28,035 nucleotides of DNA from a virus (Duplodnaviria > Caudoviricetes). Of this stretch, positions 1 through 9,292 are shown one piece after another. Each line of letters begins with the position of its first letter. The first letter of the stretch is position 1. A program made the position numbers and the translations under genes. The notes below the pieces were generated by a model. The model had not been told where the DNA came from and ran no database searches. It saw only the letters and a program-made list of their open reading frames with translations. Where the stretch lies: positions 1-28,035 of the IMG/VR virus record IMGVR_UViG_3300037473_000073. One strand, given 5' to 3'.

Positions 1-2
1 CT

Positions 3-233
3 GGCGGAGGTACACCTCGTGGTGCAGATTTCAGGCTTAATTTCCGCAATCCAAATGGAGTAACAACCGCTCCAAGGCAAATTGATACTACTGATGCGCA
101 GCCATATGCGTTAGATGCTAAAACTCGAATAAGAGTAGCATCACGCTTTGATTTCATTCCGCAATGTGTATTTACCAGCAATAACAACATAACGGTTGGT
201 GTTGCATGGGAAGGCATGCTTTATAACAACTGA
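3..233 (+). CDS. 3' end of a hypothetical, probably virion-associated beta-rich protein (partial, runs off the left edge)
   Basis: Open frame from nt 3 (GGGTPRGADFRLNFRNPNG...VGVAWEGMLYNN) to TGA 231-233, followed directly by the GAGGT RBS of the next gene; not in the ORF track. Confidence 0.7.
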   Translation, partial: GGGTPRGADFRLNFRNPNGVTTAPRQIDTTDAQPYALDAKTRIRVASRFDFIPQCVFTSNNNITVGVAWEGMLYNN

Positions 234-241
234 GGTCAATT

Positions 242-568
242 ATGCAAATCGCTAACCTATTCAGCGCGCAATCCAAGGTCACCACGGTCAACGCTACTAC
301 CACTGCATCTGCTGCGGTTCAGCTGTCTAACTCTGGCAACACTCTGCGCGTGGTCAACGAAGGCCCTAATGCGGCATTCATCTGTGTTGCTGATACAGCA
401 GCTTTGGCTGTGGCTACGCTGCCAACGAATGGTGTCACTACGAGCTGCTATGTGGCTTCTGGTGCTGACGTGACATTCTCGATCCCCAATGACAGCAACA
501 AGTTTGTGAGCGCTATTTGCCGAACTGGTACGGCTGTTATTGAGTTCTACGCCGGGGAGAGTTCGTAA
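242..568 (+). CDS. hypothetical protein, 108 aa, beta-rich, putative virion component
   Basis: GAGGT RBS; Ala/Thr/Val-rich; TAATG coupling to next gene. Confidence 0.75.
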   Translation: MQIANLFSAQSKVTTVNATTTASAAVQLSNSGNTLRVVNEGPNAAFICVADTAALAVATLPTNGVTTSCYVASGADVTFSIPNDSNKFVSAICRTGTAVIEFYAGESS

Positions 569-915
569 TGACCGGCGTCAGCCGAGCTGGCGGAACCAGC
601 CCCCAGGCAGCAGCAGATGCTGCGCAGATGAAGACTGACAGCGCATCCCCTGCAACGGGCGCGACAGTCTCATTCACAAGTGACCAGAACGACCGAATCA
701 TGCTGCTTACGCCAGCAGGTGCATTGGCTACGCTGACGGTCAACTTCCCATCTTCCCCTCGTACGGGGCAACTTTGCTGCATTACTACCAGTCAATCGAT
801 TGCTGCGCTTAGCGTCGGTGGTGGAGTAGTGTCCGGCCTGGTGACTGCATTGTCTGGTGGGGATCTTTACTCCTATCGCTGCGTAGGTGGAACTAATTGG
901 AGGCGCTGCATATGA
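568..915 (+). CDS. hypothetical protein, 115 aa, putative virion/fibre accessory protein
   Basis: Coupled at both ends (TAATG, ATGA); LTPAGALATLTVNFPSSPRTGQ resembles small beta domains of phage fibre/baseplate proteins. Confidence 0.7.
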   Translation: MTGVSRAGGTSPQAAADAAQMKTDSASPATGATVSFTSDQNDRIMLLTPAGALATLTVNFPSSPRTGQLCCITTSQSIAALSVGGGVVSGLVTALSGGDLYSYRCVGGTNWRRCI

Positions 916-1598
916 AAAAGACTATCTTGGTTGTCGTTTCATGCGTGCTCATGGGGGCATTTATCGGCGTGGTTGCTCATGCTGGCCCGAACTCCATGGT
1001 GGTACTGAAGCGCAACAATGACGACACCGCCTCGCAACAGCTATTGGTCGGCCCTCCTTCCTCGCCAGGCTTTCTAACCTTTGACCCGAGCAATCCAACC
1101 TTTACCACATTGGATAGCACTCTGACGCTGTCCAGCGGCGTTCTGTCGGTGTCTACGCCTCCTGTCAACGCCGATTGGAATGCAGTCAGCGGATTGGCTG
1201 TCATTCTGAATAAGCCGACCATCCCCACCATTCCATCGCGCAGCTTCAGCTACACCACGCGTACGCTCAACTCATGCTTCCAAGTGTCCGCATCAAGGGA
1301 TACGTTCGTTACCTATGCTGTAGATGTGTCCACCACGCTTAGCCTATCTGGCGGCCAGACTGGCACTGTCTATCTGCGAACCTACACGAATAGCTCCTGC
1401 ACTACTGGCGCTCAAGAGTTGGCCCGATTCGTCAATGGCAATACAGGGACACTCACTATCGGGCTGAACATCACGCAAAACGCTACTGGTACGCTGACTG
1501 GCATTGCTCCGGCCGGAACATGGTTGCGCCTGGATACGGAAAACACGGCAGGCGCACCTACATTCACCGCTCGACCAGGGCAGGAAGTTCTGCTTTGA
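912..1598 (+). CDS. fibre-like protein with predicted Sec signal peptide, 228 aa
   Basis: ATG 912 overlaps the upstream stop (ATGA), preferred over 897; MKK + hydrophobic core + AHA cleavage motif; fibre-type segment VNADWNAVSGLAVILNKP. Confidence 0.75.
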   Translation: MKKTILVVVSCVLMGAFIGVVAHAGPNSMVVLKRNNDDTASQQLLVGPPSSPGFLTFDPSNPTFTTLDSTLTLSSGVLSVSTPPVNADWNAVSGLAVILNKPTIPTIPSRSFSYTTRTLNSCFQVSASRDTFVTYAVDVSTTLSLSGGQTGTVYLRTYTNSSCTTGAQELARFVNGNTGTLTIGLNITQNATGTLTGIAPAGTWLRLDTENTAGAPTFTARPGQEVLL

Positions 1599-3013
1599 GT
1601 GTAATCCGCCTCCCCAATAACTGGCAGCCACGTGATTATCAGTTGGCTGCCTGGAACTATTTGGAGAATGGTGGAAGGCATGCAGAGCTAATTTGGCCGC
1701 GCCGCGCAGGAAAGGACGCCATTTGCTTGCATAGGACTGCATGCGCCGCATTTGAACGTGTTGCCAACTATTGGCACATGCTGCCTGAGTATAGCCAAGC
1801 ACGGAAGGCGATTTGGGACGCAGTTAATCCATCTACTGGCAAAAAGCGTATTGATGAAGCGTTTCCGCATGAGCTGCGTCGTCGTGTTGACAATACCAAG
1901 ATGACTATTGAGTTCATCAATGGCAGCACATGGCAGGTTGTAGGCTCTGATAATCCTGACAGTCTTGTTGGCACAACGCCAGCAGGAATCATCTACTCAG
2001 AGTGGGCACTCTCCAATCCAAATGTCCGCGCTTATCTTCGTCCAATTATCGCGGAAAACAATGGGTGGCAAGCATTTATTACCACGCCTCGCGGTCGAAA
2101 CCATGCATACACTACATTTAAAGCAGCTGAGAAAAACATGCTGGCTGGGAAGGATGCATTTGCACAGAGGTTAGATGCGTATGAGATTGGGAGTTTGACG
2201 CCGAAGCAGCTTGAAATTGAGTTGCATGAATACATCAGTGCTTTTGGCGAAGATTTTGGCAGAGCGAAGTTCGAACAGGAATATCTATGCTCCTTTGAAG
2301 CTGCCGTATTGGGAGCTATTTTGGCTAGAAGCTTGGGTATTGCTGAGAAAGAAGGCCGGGTAAGCGATGACGTTCAATATGACGAAGAAGGCGCGCCATT
2401 TGAGATTACCTGCGACTTAGGCCGGCGCGATACGGCTACATGGTGGTTCTGGCAACCAATGGTCGGGGGTTATCAGATCCCTGACTATGACAGCGGCTTT
2501 GGTATTGACGCTGAAGAATGGTGTCAAAGATTAGATGCCAGGCTGCGTAAATATGGCGGTCGAAACGTATTGGGCCGTATTTGGCTTCCTCATGATGCCC
2601 GAGCAAAGACATTTAGCGCCAAGCGATCAACTGTAGAAATATTTGTAGATTATTTCGGTGCTGATAAAATTGCTATGGTTCCGCGATCTTCTATTGCCGA
2701 CCGTGTTAATGCGGCAAGGGTTTTGATCCCTCGCGTCAAATTCAATGAGACTAATTGTGCTAACGGCTTGAATGGTTTGAGAGCATGGCGCTATGAATAT
2801 GACGAGGAAAAGAAGATTTTTAGCTCTGACCCTCTGCATGATTGGGCATCACATGATGGCGATGGATTTAGTTATGGTTGCCTGATTATGCAAATGGCTG
2901 AACCGGTGAAAAAGGTTAATGAGCAAATTCGCGGTATTATGGTAGGCAATAACACCATGACACTTGATGAAATGTGGGCATCCACTCCACGCCGAACTGA
3001 AGGGCGGATTTGA
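1595..3013 (+). CDS. terL: terminase large subunit
   Basis: Probable TTG start overlapping upstream TGA with AGGAAG upstream; WQPRDYQ adenine-binding motif, Walker A-like WPRRAGKD, Walker B-like GIIYSEW, ITTPRG coupling motif, RNase H-like CDLG...HD...HDWASHDGDG; directly upstream of portal. Confidence 0.95.
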   Translation: MSVIRLPNNWQPRDYQLAAWNYLENGGRHAELIWPRRAGKDAICLHRTACAAFERVANYWHMLPEYSQARKAIWDAVNPSTGKKRIDEAFPHELRRRVDNTKMTIEFINGSTWQVVGSDNPDSLVGTTPAGIIYSEWALSNPNVRAYLRPIIAENNGWQAFITTPRGRNHAYTTFKAAEKNMLAGKDAFAQRLDAYEIGSLTPKQLEIELHEYISAFGEDFGRAKFEQEYLCSFEAAVLGAILARSLGIAEKEGRVSDDVQYDEEGAPFEITCDLGRRDTATWWFWQPMVGGYQIPDYDSGFGIDAEEWCQRLDARLRKYGGRNVLGRIWLPHDARAKTFSAKRSTVEIFVDYFGADKIAMVPRSSIADRVNAARVLIPRVKFNETNCANGLNGLRAWRYEYDEEKKIFSSDPLHDWASHDGDGFSYGCLIMQMAEPVKKVNEQIRGIMVGNNTMTLDEMWASTPRRTEGRI

Positions 3014-5184
3014 TGGAAGACCAGAATAAAGACTCAATGCAGCCCCAAAGTGAAGCTCAGCAATGGGTGATGTGCATTGCATCCTACGACCGCGCATTCC
3101 AGAAATGGATGAAACGGGCCGAAGCTATCTCTAAACGCTACCGCGATTATGATGAAGCCGAAGGCTCGAAAAAAGAGCGTGCCGACTTTAATATTCTATG
3201 GTCGAACATTCAGACCCTTCTGCCTGCCACATTCGCCCGTCTGCCTAAGCCAGATGTTTCCCGTCGCTGGCGTGATAATGATCCAGTAGGCCGTGTTGCA
3301 TCTCTTCTGCTCGAACGTGCTCTATCATTCGAGATTGAGCATTACTACGACTACAAAGCAGCAATGAATGGCTGTGTTTTGGACCGTTTCCTTGGTGGTC
3401 GTGGTACAGCATGGGTACGTTATGAACCTCATTTCTCTGCGCTTCCTGGCATGCCTGATGATGGCGTGCAGATTACTGAAGATGCTGACGAAGCCGAACC
3501 GCTGGGTGAGCAGATCGAATACGAATGCGCGCCGGTTGATTACGTTCATTGGCGTGATTTTGGTCATTCGCTGGCTCGCACATGGGAAGAAGTGACAGCA
3601 GTATGGCGCAAGGTCTATCTCGATAGGCAGGCTGTCGCAGAACGATTCGGTGAAGAATGGGTCAGCAAAATCCCATTCGATACCAAGCCTGCGGTCACGA
3701 CTGATTCTCAGCAAAAAACATCTGGACTGAACGAAAAGCATCTCGCGTGCATTTATGAGATTTGGGATAAAGCAACTGGCAACGCTATTTGGCTGTCCAA
3801 ATCCCTAGGCCAGATTATCGATAAACGGCCTGATCCGCTTGGCCTGGAATGCTTCTTCCCGTGCCCGCGCCCTCTGTTTGCCACAATGACGACTGATACG
3901 CTTGTGCCGGTCCCTGACTACAAAATGTATCAGGATCAGGCTAAGCAACTGGATAAGCTCTATGCGCGTATCGATGGTCTTATCGATATGCTAGTTGTCA
4001 AGGGCGTCTATGATGCTGCGGTGCCAGAGTTGGCACGTCTTTTCAAAGAGGCGACAAATGGAACGTTGATTCCCGTCAAATCGTGGCAGGGATTCTCCGA
4101 AAAGGCAGGTCTCAAAGGCTCGCTGGACATTCTAGATATTGCGCCTATCGTCGCAGCGCTGAACGAAGCATATGCCGCTGCTGAACGAATGGAGAATTCC
4201 ATATATCAGCTTGTCGGCATCTCCGACATTGTTCGCGGGGCATCCGATCCAGCCGAGACATATGGCGCTCAGAAACTCAAAGGCCAGTATGGCAATATGC
4301 GTCTGCGCTCCAAGCAAGAGGAAGTGGCGCAGTTTGCAACCTCTCTGCTGCAAATCAAGGCTGAAATCATCTGCTCGCACTTCCAACCGCAGACATTCTT
4401 GCGCATCTCCGCTGCAGACCAATTGACGCCAGAAGATCAGCAATTGGTCCCTCAAGCGCTTCAATTGCTCATGGGTGAGCGCGCATTCAATCCCGAAGCG
4501 GACACGGAAGAAGGCCCATTGGCAGCATTCCGAATCGAAGTATCCAGTGATTCCATGGTGCAGATGGATGAGCAGCAGGAGAAAGCGGAAAGCACACAAT
4601 TCCTTGGTGCCGTCTCCGGATATATCTCTCAGGTTACTCAGGCTGCACAAACGTCTCCCCAAATCCTTCCTCTTGCTGTCGGATTGCTAAAGTTCGGCGT
4701 TACGCGCTTCAAGGTAGGTAAGCAAGTTGAAGGCATGATTGACCAAATGCTTGATGATCTGGTTAAGCAGGCCCAGCAGCCTCAAGAGCCTAAGCCAGAT
4801 CCGGAGATGATTAAGGCGCAGGCACAAATCCAGGCGAAACAGGCAGAAATCCAGGCTAAATCGCAGGCCGATGCACAACATATCGAGGCTGAGAAACAGC
4901 TTGAATTGGCCCGCCAGCAATTCCAGTCGCAGGAAGAACAGCGCCGCAATGAACTGGAAGCACAGCGTGCTCAATATGAATCGGCGCTGGAAGCTCGATT
5001 GGAGCAGCAGCGCCAGCAATTTGAATTTGACAAGCAGACTCGCGAAGAAATGTTCAATCGCTGGAAAGAAGAGTTGCAGGCCGCAGTTAAGATTGAAGTG
5101 GCCAATATCTCATCCAAAGCTAAATTGCAGGATGCAGCTACCGATACTGCAACCAATGAGATTTCTACTGAGGTACGTCAATAA
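3013..5184 (+). CDS. portal protein with Gln/Glu-rich C-terminal coiled coil (P22-like barrel)
   Basis: About 723 aa after terL (TGATG coupling); IYQLVGISDIVRG...ETYGAQKLK portal-like segment; long helical C-terminus. Confidence 0.88.
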   Translation: MEDQNKDSMQPQSEAQQWVMCIASYDRAFQKWMKRAEAISKRYRDYDEAEGSKKERADFNILWSNIQTLLPATFARLPKPDVSRRWRDNDPVGRVASLLLERALSFEIEHYYDYKAAMNGCVLDRFLGGRGTAWVRYEPHFSALPGMPDDGVQITEDADEAEPLGEQIEYECAPVDYVHWRDFGHSLARTWEEVTAVWRKVYLDRQAVAERFGEEWVSKIPFDTKPAVTTDSQQKTSGLNEKHLACIYEIWDKATGNAIWLSKSLGQIIDKRPDPLGLECFFPCPRPLFATMTTDTLVPVPDYKMYQDQAKQLDKLYARIDGLIDMLVVKGVYDAAVPELARLFKEATNGTLIPVKSWQGFSEKAGLKGSLDILDIAPIVAALNEAYAAAERMENSIYQLVGISDIVRGASDPAETYGAQKLKGQYGNMRLRSKQEEVAQFATSLLQIKAEIICSHFQPQTFLRISAADQLTPEDQQLVPQALQLLMGERAFNPEADTEEGPLAAFRIEVSSDSMVQMDEQQEKAESTQFLGAVSGYISQVTQAAQTSPQILPLAVGLLKFGVTRFKVGKQVEGMIDQMLDDLVKQAQQPQEPKPDPEMIKAQAQIQAKQAEIQAKSQADAQHIEAEKQLELARQQFQSQEEQRRNELEAQRAQYESALEARLEQQRQQFEFDKQTREEMFNRWKEELQAAVKIEVANISSKAKLQDAATDTATNEISTEVRQ

Positions 5185-5510
5185 TGCCCATCTATGCAAT
5201 GATTTGCCAATGTGGGCATGAAGAGGATATTTACCGCTCGATTAGCAATATGAATACTGATTTACCTGTTCATTGTGGCGCTACCATGCAACGCAAAATA
5301 GTCGCGCCAATGGTTGCTAATGACATTTCCCCATATAGGAGTATGATTACGGGTGAAATGATTATGAGCCGTAGTCAGCATAAGAACCATTTGAAGGCCC
5401 ATAAATGCATCGAAGTAGGAAATGAAAAGCTTGAGCCGCCAAAACCAGTAACACCACCGCCAGGATTAAAGGAAACTTTAATCAAGGTGGTAAATGAGAA
5501 GCTGAAATAA
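5184..5510 (+). CDS. FmdB-like zinc-ribbon protein
   Basis: MPIYAMICQCGHEE...PVHCGATMQRKIVAP matches the MPxY..CxxCG...CG.xxR zinc-ribbon pattern; TAATG coupling to portal. Confidence 0.75.
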   Translation: MPIYAMICQCGHEEDIYRSISNMNTDLPVHCGATMQRKIVAPMVANDISPYRSMITGEMIMSRSQHKNHLKAHKCIEVGNEKLEPPKPVTPPPGLKETLIKVVNEKLK

Positions 5511-5535
5511 CCTCCAATTACTTGCGAGATTAAAT

Positions 5536-6597
5536 ATGGACATTGAAAATCAGGAAGTGGCTCAAGAGCCAAGTTTGCGCGATACGCTGGAAGCTAATTT
5601 CGAGGCTGCTGAAAAGGCTATCGAGCCGCAACAGGAGGTTCAGACAGCAGAGCAGCGCGCACGTGACGAACATGGCCGTTTTGCCAAGACTGATAAGCAG
5701 CCAGAGCAGCAAGTAGCTGTCCAGCAGCCGGAACAAGTGGAAGCCCAGCCGGCCGAGCAGATGACGAAGAAGGAGCTGACCACGTGGAAACGTGAGATGC
5801 GGCCACTTCATGAAAAGCTTGGCCGAGGTGAGGCACTCACGCCGGATGAGGCGTTGAAGCTTCACCAATATAACGTTGAGCGTGAGACCAATTACGCTAC
5901 CGGTATTTCGGCTTATAAAGCCCAGGCAGAGCAGGCGAAGCAATTTACTGAGGCAATGACCGAATTCATGCCCATCCTGCAGCAGAACAATATCGAGCCT
6001 TCGCAATGGATTCAGAACTTGGGCCGAGCGCATCAAACGCTGGCAATGGGTTCTCCAGAGCAGAAACTGCAAATGTTCCAGCGCTTGGCACAGGATTATG
6101 GTGTTCCGCTGGGCATGGTGCAACAAGCTCAGCAGGGTCAAATTGATCCGACCATGCTGCAAATGATGCAAGAGATTCAGCAATTGAAGCAGGGTATTAA
6201 TGGAGTCACTAGTTGGCGCCAGCAGCAAGAAAACCAGGTAGCACAGCAACAGATCGCGAAGTTTGCGGATGCGTCAAAGTTTCCGCACTTTGAGCGGGTA
6301 CGTCCCGTGATGGCTCAATTACTTGATGCCGGATTGGCCGACGACCCCGATTCCGCTTATGAGAAGGCGGTTCGCCTTGATGGAGATGCGTGGCAAGCAG
6401 AGCAACAGCGTCAAGCCGCTCAGCAATTGCAACAGCAATCGACCAATAAGGCTGCAGCAGCGGCTAAAGCCCGCCAAGCTGCGGTTTCTGTCCGTACCGG
6501 TACTCCTGCCGGCTATAACAGCAACCCGAATCCTAGCAATCTCCGTGGCGCAATTGAAGCTGCCTTCGACCAAGTATCGACTGGCGGCAGGGTTTAA
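5536..6597 (+). CDS. capsid scaffolding protein
   Basis: Between portal and capsid; acidic Gln/Glu/Ala-rich helical protein; RARDEHGRFAK motif; C-terminal LRGAIEAAF helix. Confidence 0.8.
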   Translation: MDIENQEVAQEPSLRDTLEANFEAAEKAIEPQQEVQTAEQRARDEHGRFAKTDKQPEQQVAVQQPEQVEAQPAEQMTKKELTTWKREMRPLHEKLGRGEALTPDEALKLHQYNVERETNYATGISAYKAQAEQAKQFTEAMTEFMPILQQNNIEPSQWIQNLGRAHQTLAMGSPEQKLQMFQRLAQDYGVPLGMVQQAQQGQIDPTMLQMMQEIQQLKQGINGVTSWRQQQENQVAQQQIAKFADASKFPHFERVRPVMAQLLDAGLADDPDSAYEKAVRLDGDAWQAEQQRQAAQQLQQQSTNKAAAAAKARQAAVSVRTGTPAGYNSNPNPSNLRGAIEAAFDQVSTGGRV

Positions 6598-6618
6598 AAC
6601 TAATCTAAAGGAGCCATC

Positions 6619-7623
6619 ATGGCATTCGCAAATAGCGCGATTGATGACATCATCGCAACCACCATCCAGAGCCGAAATGGCGTTCTGGCTGACAATCTGA
6701 CTAACAATAACCCCCTTCTGGATCGCCTGAACCGAAAAGGCAACGTTCGCCCATTCTCGGGCGGTAACGTGATCCTGGAAGAGATCATGTACAACGATCC
6801 GGCAACGGATAACAGTGGCTCTTACTCTGGTTACGAAGCGATTAACATCTCGCCTGATAGCCCGATTTCCGCTGCGCAGTTCGCCATCAAGCAGTATGCA
6901 GACTCCGTTTCCATGAGCGGTCTGCAAATGCTGCAAAACAGCGGCAAAGAGCAAATCATTGATCTGCTGGAAGGCCGCATGAAAGTGTCGGAGGCCCGTC
7001 TGCTGAACCGCATCCAGGCTGACCTGTGGCTTGATGGCACCGGTAACGGCGGCAAAAACATCACCGGCTTGGCCGCTGCTGTACCTGATGTACCGACCAC
7101 TGGTACCTACGGTGGTATTGACCGTGCGACTTGGCAGTTCTGGCGCTCGCAGGTGTTCTCGGGCGTAACCAATGGCGGTGCTGCTGTATCTGCATCCAAC
7201 ATTCAGCAATACATGACTCGTCTGGCACTCTCGCTGGTACGTGGCAAGGATAACGCTGACCTGATTGTCGCAGACGCCAACTACTACAACCTGTATGTCA
7301 ACTCCCTGCAAGCTATCCAGCGTGTGCAGAGCGAAGGCGGTACTGGTGGTGTAGGCGCAGGCTTCCCATCGCTGAAGTTCTACGGTGGCGGCACCTCTGC
7401 CGATGTGGTGATGGCAGGCGGTGTCGGCGGTACTGCAACCGCCAACCACATGTGGTTCCTGAACACGGACTACATCTACCTGCGTCCACACAAAGACCGC
7501 AACTTCGTGCCAATCGGCGGCGAACGTCAAGCCGTGAACCAAGATGCAATCGTGAAACTGTACGGCTGGGCCGGTAACCTGACCATGTCTGGTTCGCAGT
7601 TCCAGGGCGTCCTGATTGCCTAA
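6619..7623 (+). CDS. major capsid protein
   Basis: Strong AAGGAG RBS; 334 aa; MAFANSAIDDIIATTIQSR..LADN..NNNPLL and LWLDGTGNGGKNITGLAAAV resemble podovirus HK97-fold capsid proteins; visibly biased codon usage. Confidence 0.92.
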   Translation: MAFANSAIDDIIATTIQSRNGVLADNLTNNNPLLDRLNRKGNVRPFSGGNVILEEIMYNDPATDNSGSYSGYEAINISPDSPISAAQFAIKQYADSVSMSGLQMLQNSGKEQIIDLLEGRMKVSEARLLNRIQADLWLDGTGNGGKNITGLAAAVPDVPTTGTYGGIDRATWQFWRSQVFSGVTNGGAAVSASNIQQYMTRLALSLVRGKDNADLIVADANYYNLYVNSLQAIQRVQSEGGTGGVGAGFPSLKFYGGGTSADVVMAGGVGGTATANHMWFLNTDYIYLRPHKDRNFVPIGGERQAVNQDAIVKLYGWAGNLTMSGSQFQGVLIA

Positions 7624-7647
7624 ACCAGATAATTAAGGAGAAATAAA

Positions 7648-8157
7648 ATGGCTTACACCATTCAAGATCCGCTGGCTGGCTATCAGCCTATCGCCGTGAC
7701 TGACACGGTTCAAAATCACCCAATCGGTACGGTCATCAAAGCTGTTGACCCTGTGTATGGCGGCGGTGAGTTCATTTACCTGCTGGGCGTCGCTTCGACC
7801 GTTGTTGGTTCGGTGGTTACCTATGTCGGCAATACCACAGGTACCCCAACCGGTCAAACTGCGCTGGCCGCAGCTACCGCCAACCAAGCGCGTCCGCTGG
7901 CCGTGGCAATGTCGGCGAATACTGCTGGCCGCTATGGTTGGTATCAGGTCTACGGTAATGCAGTGTGCGCAACCAATGGCACCTTGGCTGCTGGCCCGGC
8001 TCCTGTCTATCTGGCTGGTTCCGGCGCTCTGACCTCGACGGCTGCTGCTGGCGCTCAAGTGCTTGGCGCTATCAACGTGACCGCGACTGGCACCCCAGCA
8101 GCTAACCAAGCTGTTGTTGAAATCACGCGGCCCCATGCTCAGGGAGCCATTACCTGA
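7648..8157 (+). CDS. putative capsid decoration/cement protein
   Basis: Immediately after MCP, TAAGGAG RBS, Ala/Gly/Thr-rich, AVAMSA...YGWYQVYG beta motif; followed by terminator. Confidence 0.7.
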   Translation: MAYTIQDPLAGYQPIAVTDTVQNHPIGTVIKAVDPVYGGGEFIYLLGVASTVVGSVVTYVGNTTGTPTGQTALAAATANQARPLAVAMSANTAGRYGWYQVYGNAVCATNGTLAAGPAPVYLAGSGALTSTAAAGAQVLGAINVTATGTPAANQAVVEITRPHAQGAIT

Positions 8158-8164
8158 TGGCAAT

Positions 8165-8187
8165 GAGGGGCTTCGGCCCCTCTTTCT
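8165..8187 (+). terminator. intrinsic terminator-like hairpin (short U tract, probably leaky)
   Basis: GAGGGGC-TTCG-GCCCCTC followed by TTTCT. Confidence 0.75.
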
Positions 8188-8201
8188 GAAAGGAGAAAAT
8201 C

Positions 8202-8582
8202 ATGCCTGGATTCCAAGCTGATGTAATGGGCGCTGGTATGTCTGGTGGTGCTGCATCTGCAATTAATGGTGACCGGCTGGCGAGTCAAACCGCTACGGGA
8301 ACCGTTCAAGCAGATGCATTCCAACTGACTGCCTCGTCCACTGAATTTACCACCGTGGCATCTGGTACTGGCGCACGTCTACCGGGGACTACTTCCCGCG
8401 TTGTCGGCGGCGATATCGTTGCGGTGTTTAATCAGGGTGCTAATGCCCTGCTGGTATATCCGCCAGTAGGTTCGCGAATCGGTACTGCTGCTACTAATGC
8501 ATCTGTATCGGTCGCTGCTGGTAAAGCCGCATTGTTTGCCGCACGTGGCGATGGTAGTTACTTCGTATTCCTGAGCGCGTAA
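8202..8582 (+). CDS. putative virion structural protein, 126 aa
   Basis: AAGGAG RBS; Ala/Gly/Thr-rich; TTVASGTGARLP...GDIVAVFNQGANALLVYP beta domain. Confidence 0.75.
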   Translation: MPGFQADVMGAGMSGGAASAINGDRLASQTATGTVQADAFQLTASSTEFTTVASGTGARLPGTTSRVVGGDIVAVFNQGANALLVYPPVGSRIGTAATNASVSVAAGKAALFAARGDGSYFVFLSA

Positions 8583-8587
8583 AATAA

Positions 8588-8614
8588 GGGGAGATTAATT
8601 CTCCCCATTTCTTT
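8588..8614 (+). terminator. intrinsic terminator-like hairpin
   Basis: GGGGAGA-TTAAT-TCTCCCC followed by ATTTCTTT. Confidence 0.7.
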
Positions 8615-8647
8615 AAACTGATACCTCAATTACTTGAAGGAAATCAA

Positions 8648-9289
8648 ATGAGTAACATGCTTGCTTCTGATATGGCTAATCCGGATTTTGTAAATCCGAT
8701 GAATCCCGATAATACGCTGACGGTCATTTTCTATACGAAGCCGATTCAAAATCAGTTTCGCACAGAAAGTGAAGGACGCCCGATCTTCGATGATTGCGAT
8801 ATGGTGCGCATTACTACGCCTGGCGATCAGTTGAATATCATTGATACGTTTGCCACGCCGCATTATCAGAAGCGCTTCCCGCGTCAGTGGGATTTCTATA
8901 AATCGAAGCGCGAAGGCGATCAACGTTTGGTTGGTCGCACTCCTTTGTCCGCATGGAGTCAACTGACTCCCGCACAAGTCGAAGAACTACGCCATCTGAA
9001 GTTTTTCTCTGTTGAGGATGTGGCCAATGCGAGCGATATTGCATTGCAAAACCTTGGCATGGTAGGCGGAATGGGTGGCCATGCGTTCCGTGACGCAGCA
9101 CAGGCTTATCTTCGTGTCGCTAAAGATGCATCGGCACTGAATCACGCGAATCAGGAAATGGCAGCAATGCGTGCTGAGATGGAGCAGATGCGTCAGCAAA
9201 TGAGCGGATTTGCCGCGCTTGCCAAGCAAACCGAAGTTGCACCGCAGGAAGAACAAGCACCTCGCCGTGGTCGTCCTCCAAAGGAATAA
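8648..9289 (+). CDS. hypothetical phage protein with coiled coil and C-terminal RRGRPPK motif
   Basis: AAGGAA RBS; QVEELRHLKFFSVEDVANASD helical segment; basic tail. Confidence 0.8.
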   Translation: MSNMLASDMANPDFVNPMNPDNTLTVIFYTKPIQNQFRTESEGRPIFDDCDMVRITTPGDQLNIIDTFATPHYQKRFPRQWDFYKSKREGDQRLVGRTPLSAWSQLTPAQVEELRHLKFFSVEDVANASDIALQNLGMVGGMGGHAFRDAAQAYLRVAKDASALNHANQEMAAMRAEMEQMRQQMSGFAALAKQTEVAPQEEQAPRRGRPPKE

Positions 9290-9292
9290 CAG

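Noticed and set aside
1520-1594. ORF-track N-terminal extensions (terL 1520, nozzle 10149, ejection protein 13470, 24032, 25546, 25907)
   Set aside because: They overlap upstream genes deeply; downstream starts have RBSs or stop/start coupling
5530-6249. Leu-rich 239-aa minus-strand ORF (and similar ones at 4132-5019)
   Set aside because: Leu richness is the reverse complement of CAG/CAA/GAA codons in the scaffold and portal genes
6319-7542. 407-aa minus-strand ORF
   Set aside because: Antisense shadow of the codon-biased capsid gene; no recognisable motifs or RBS
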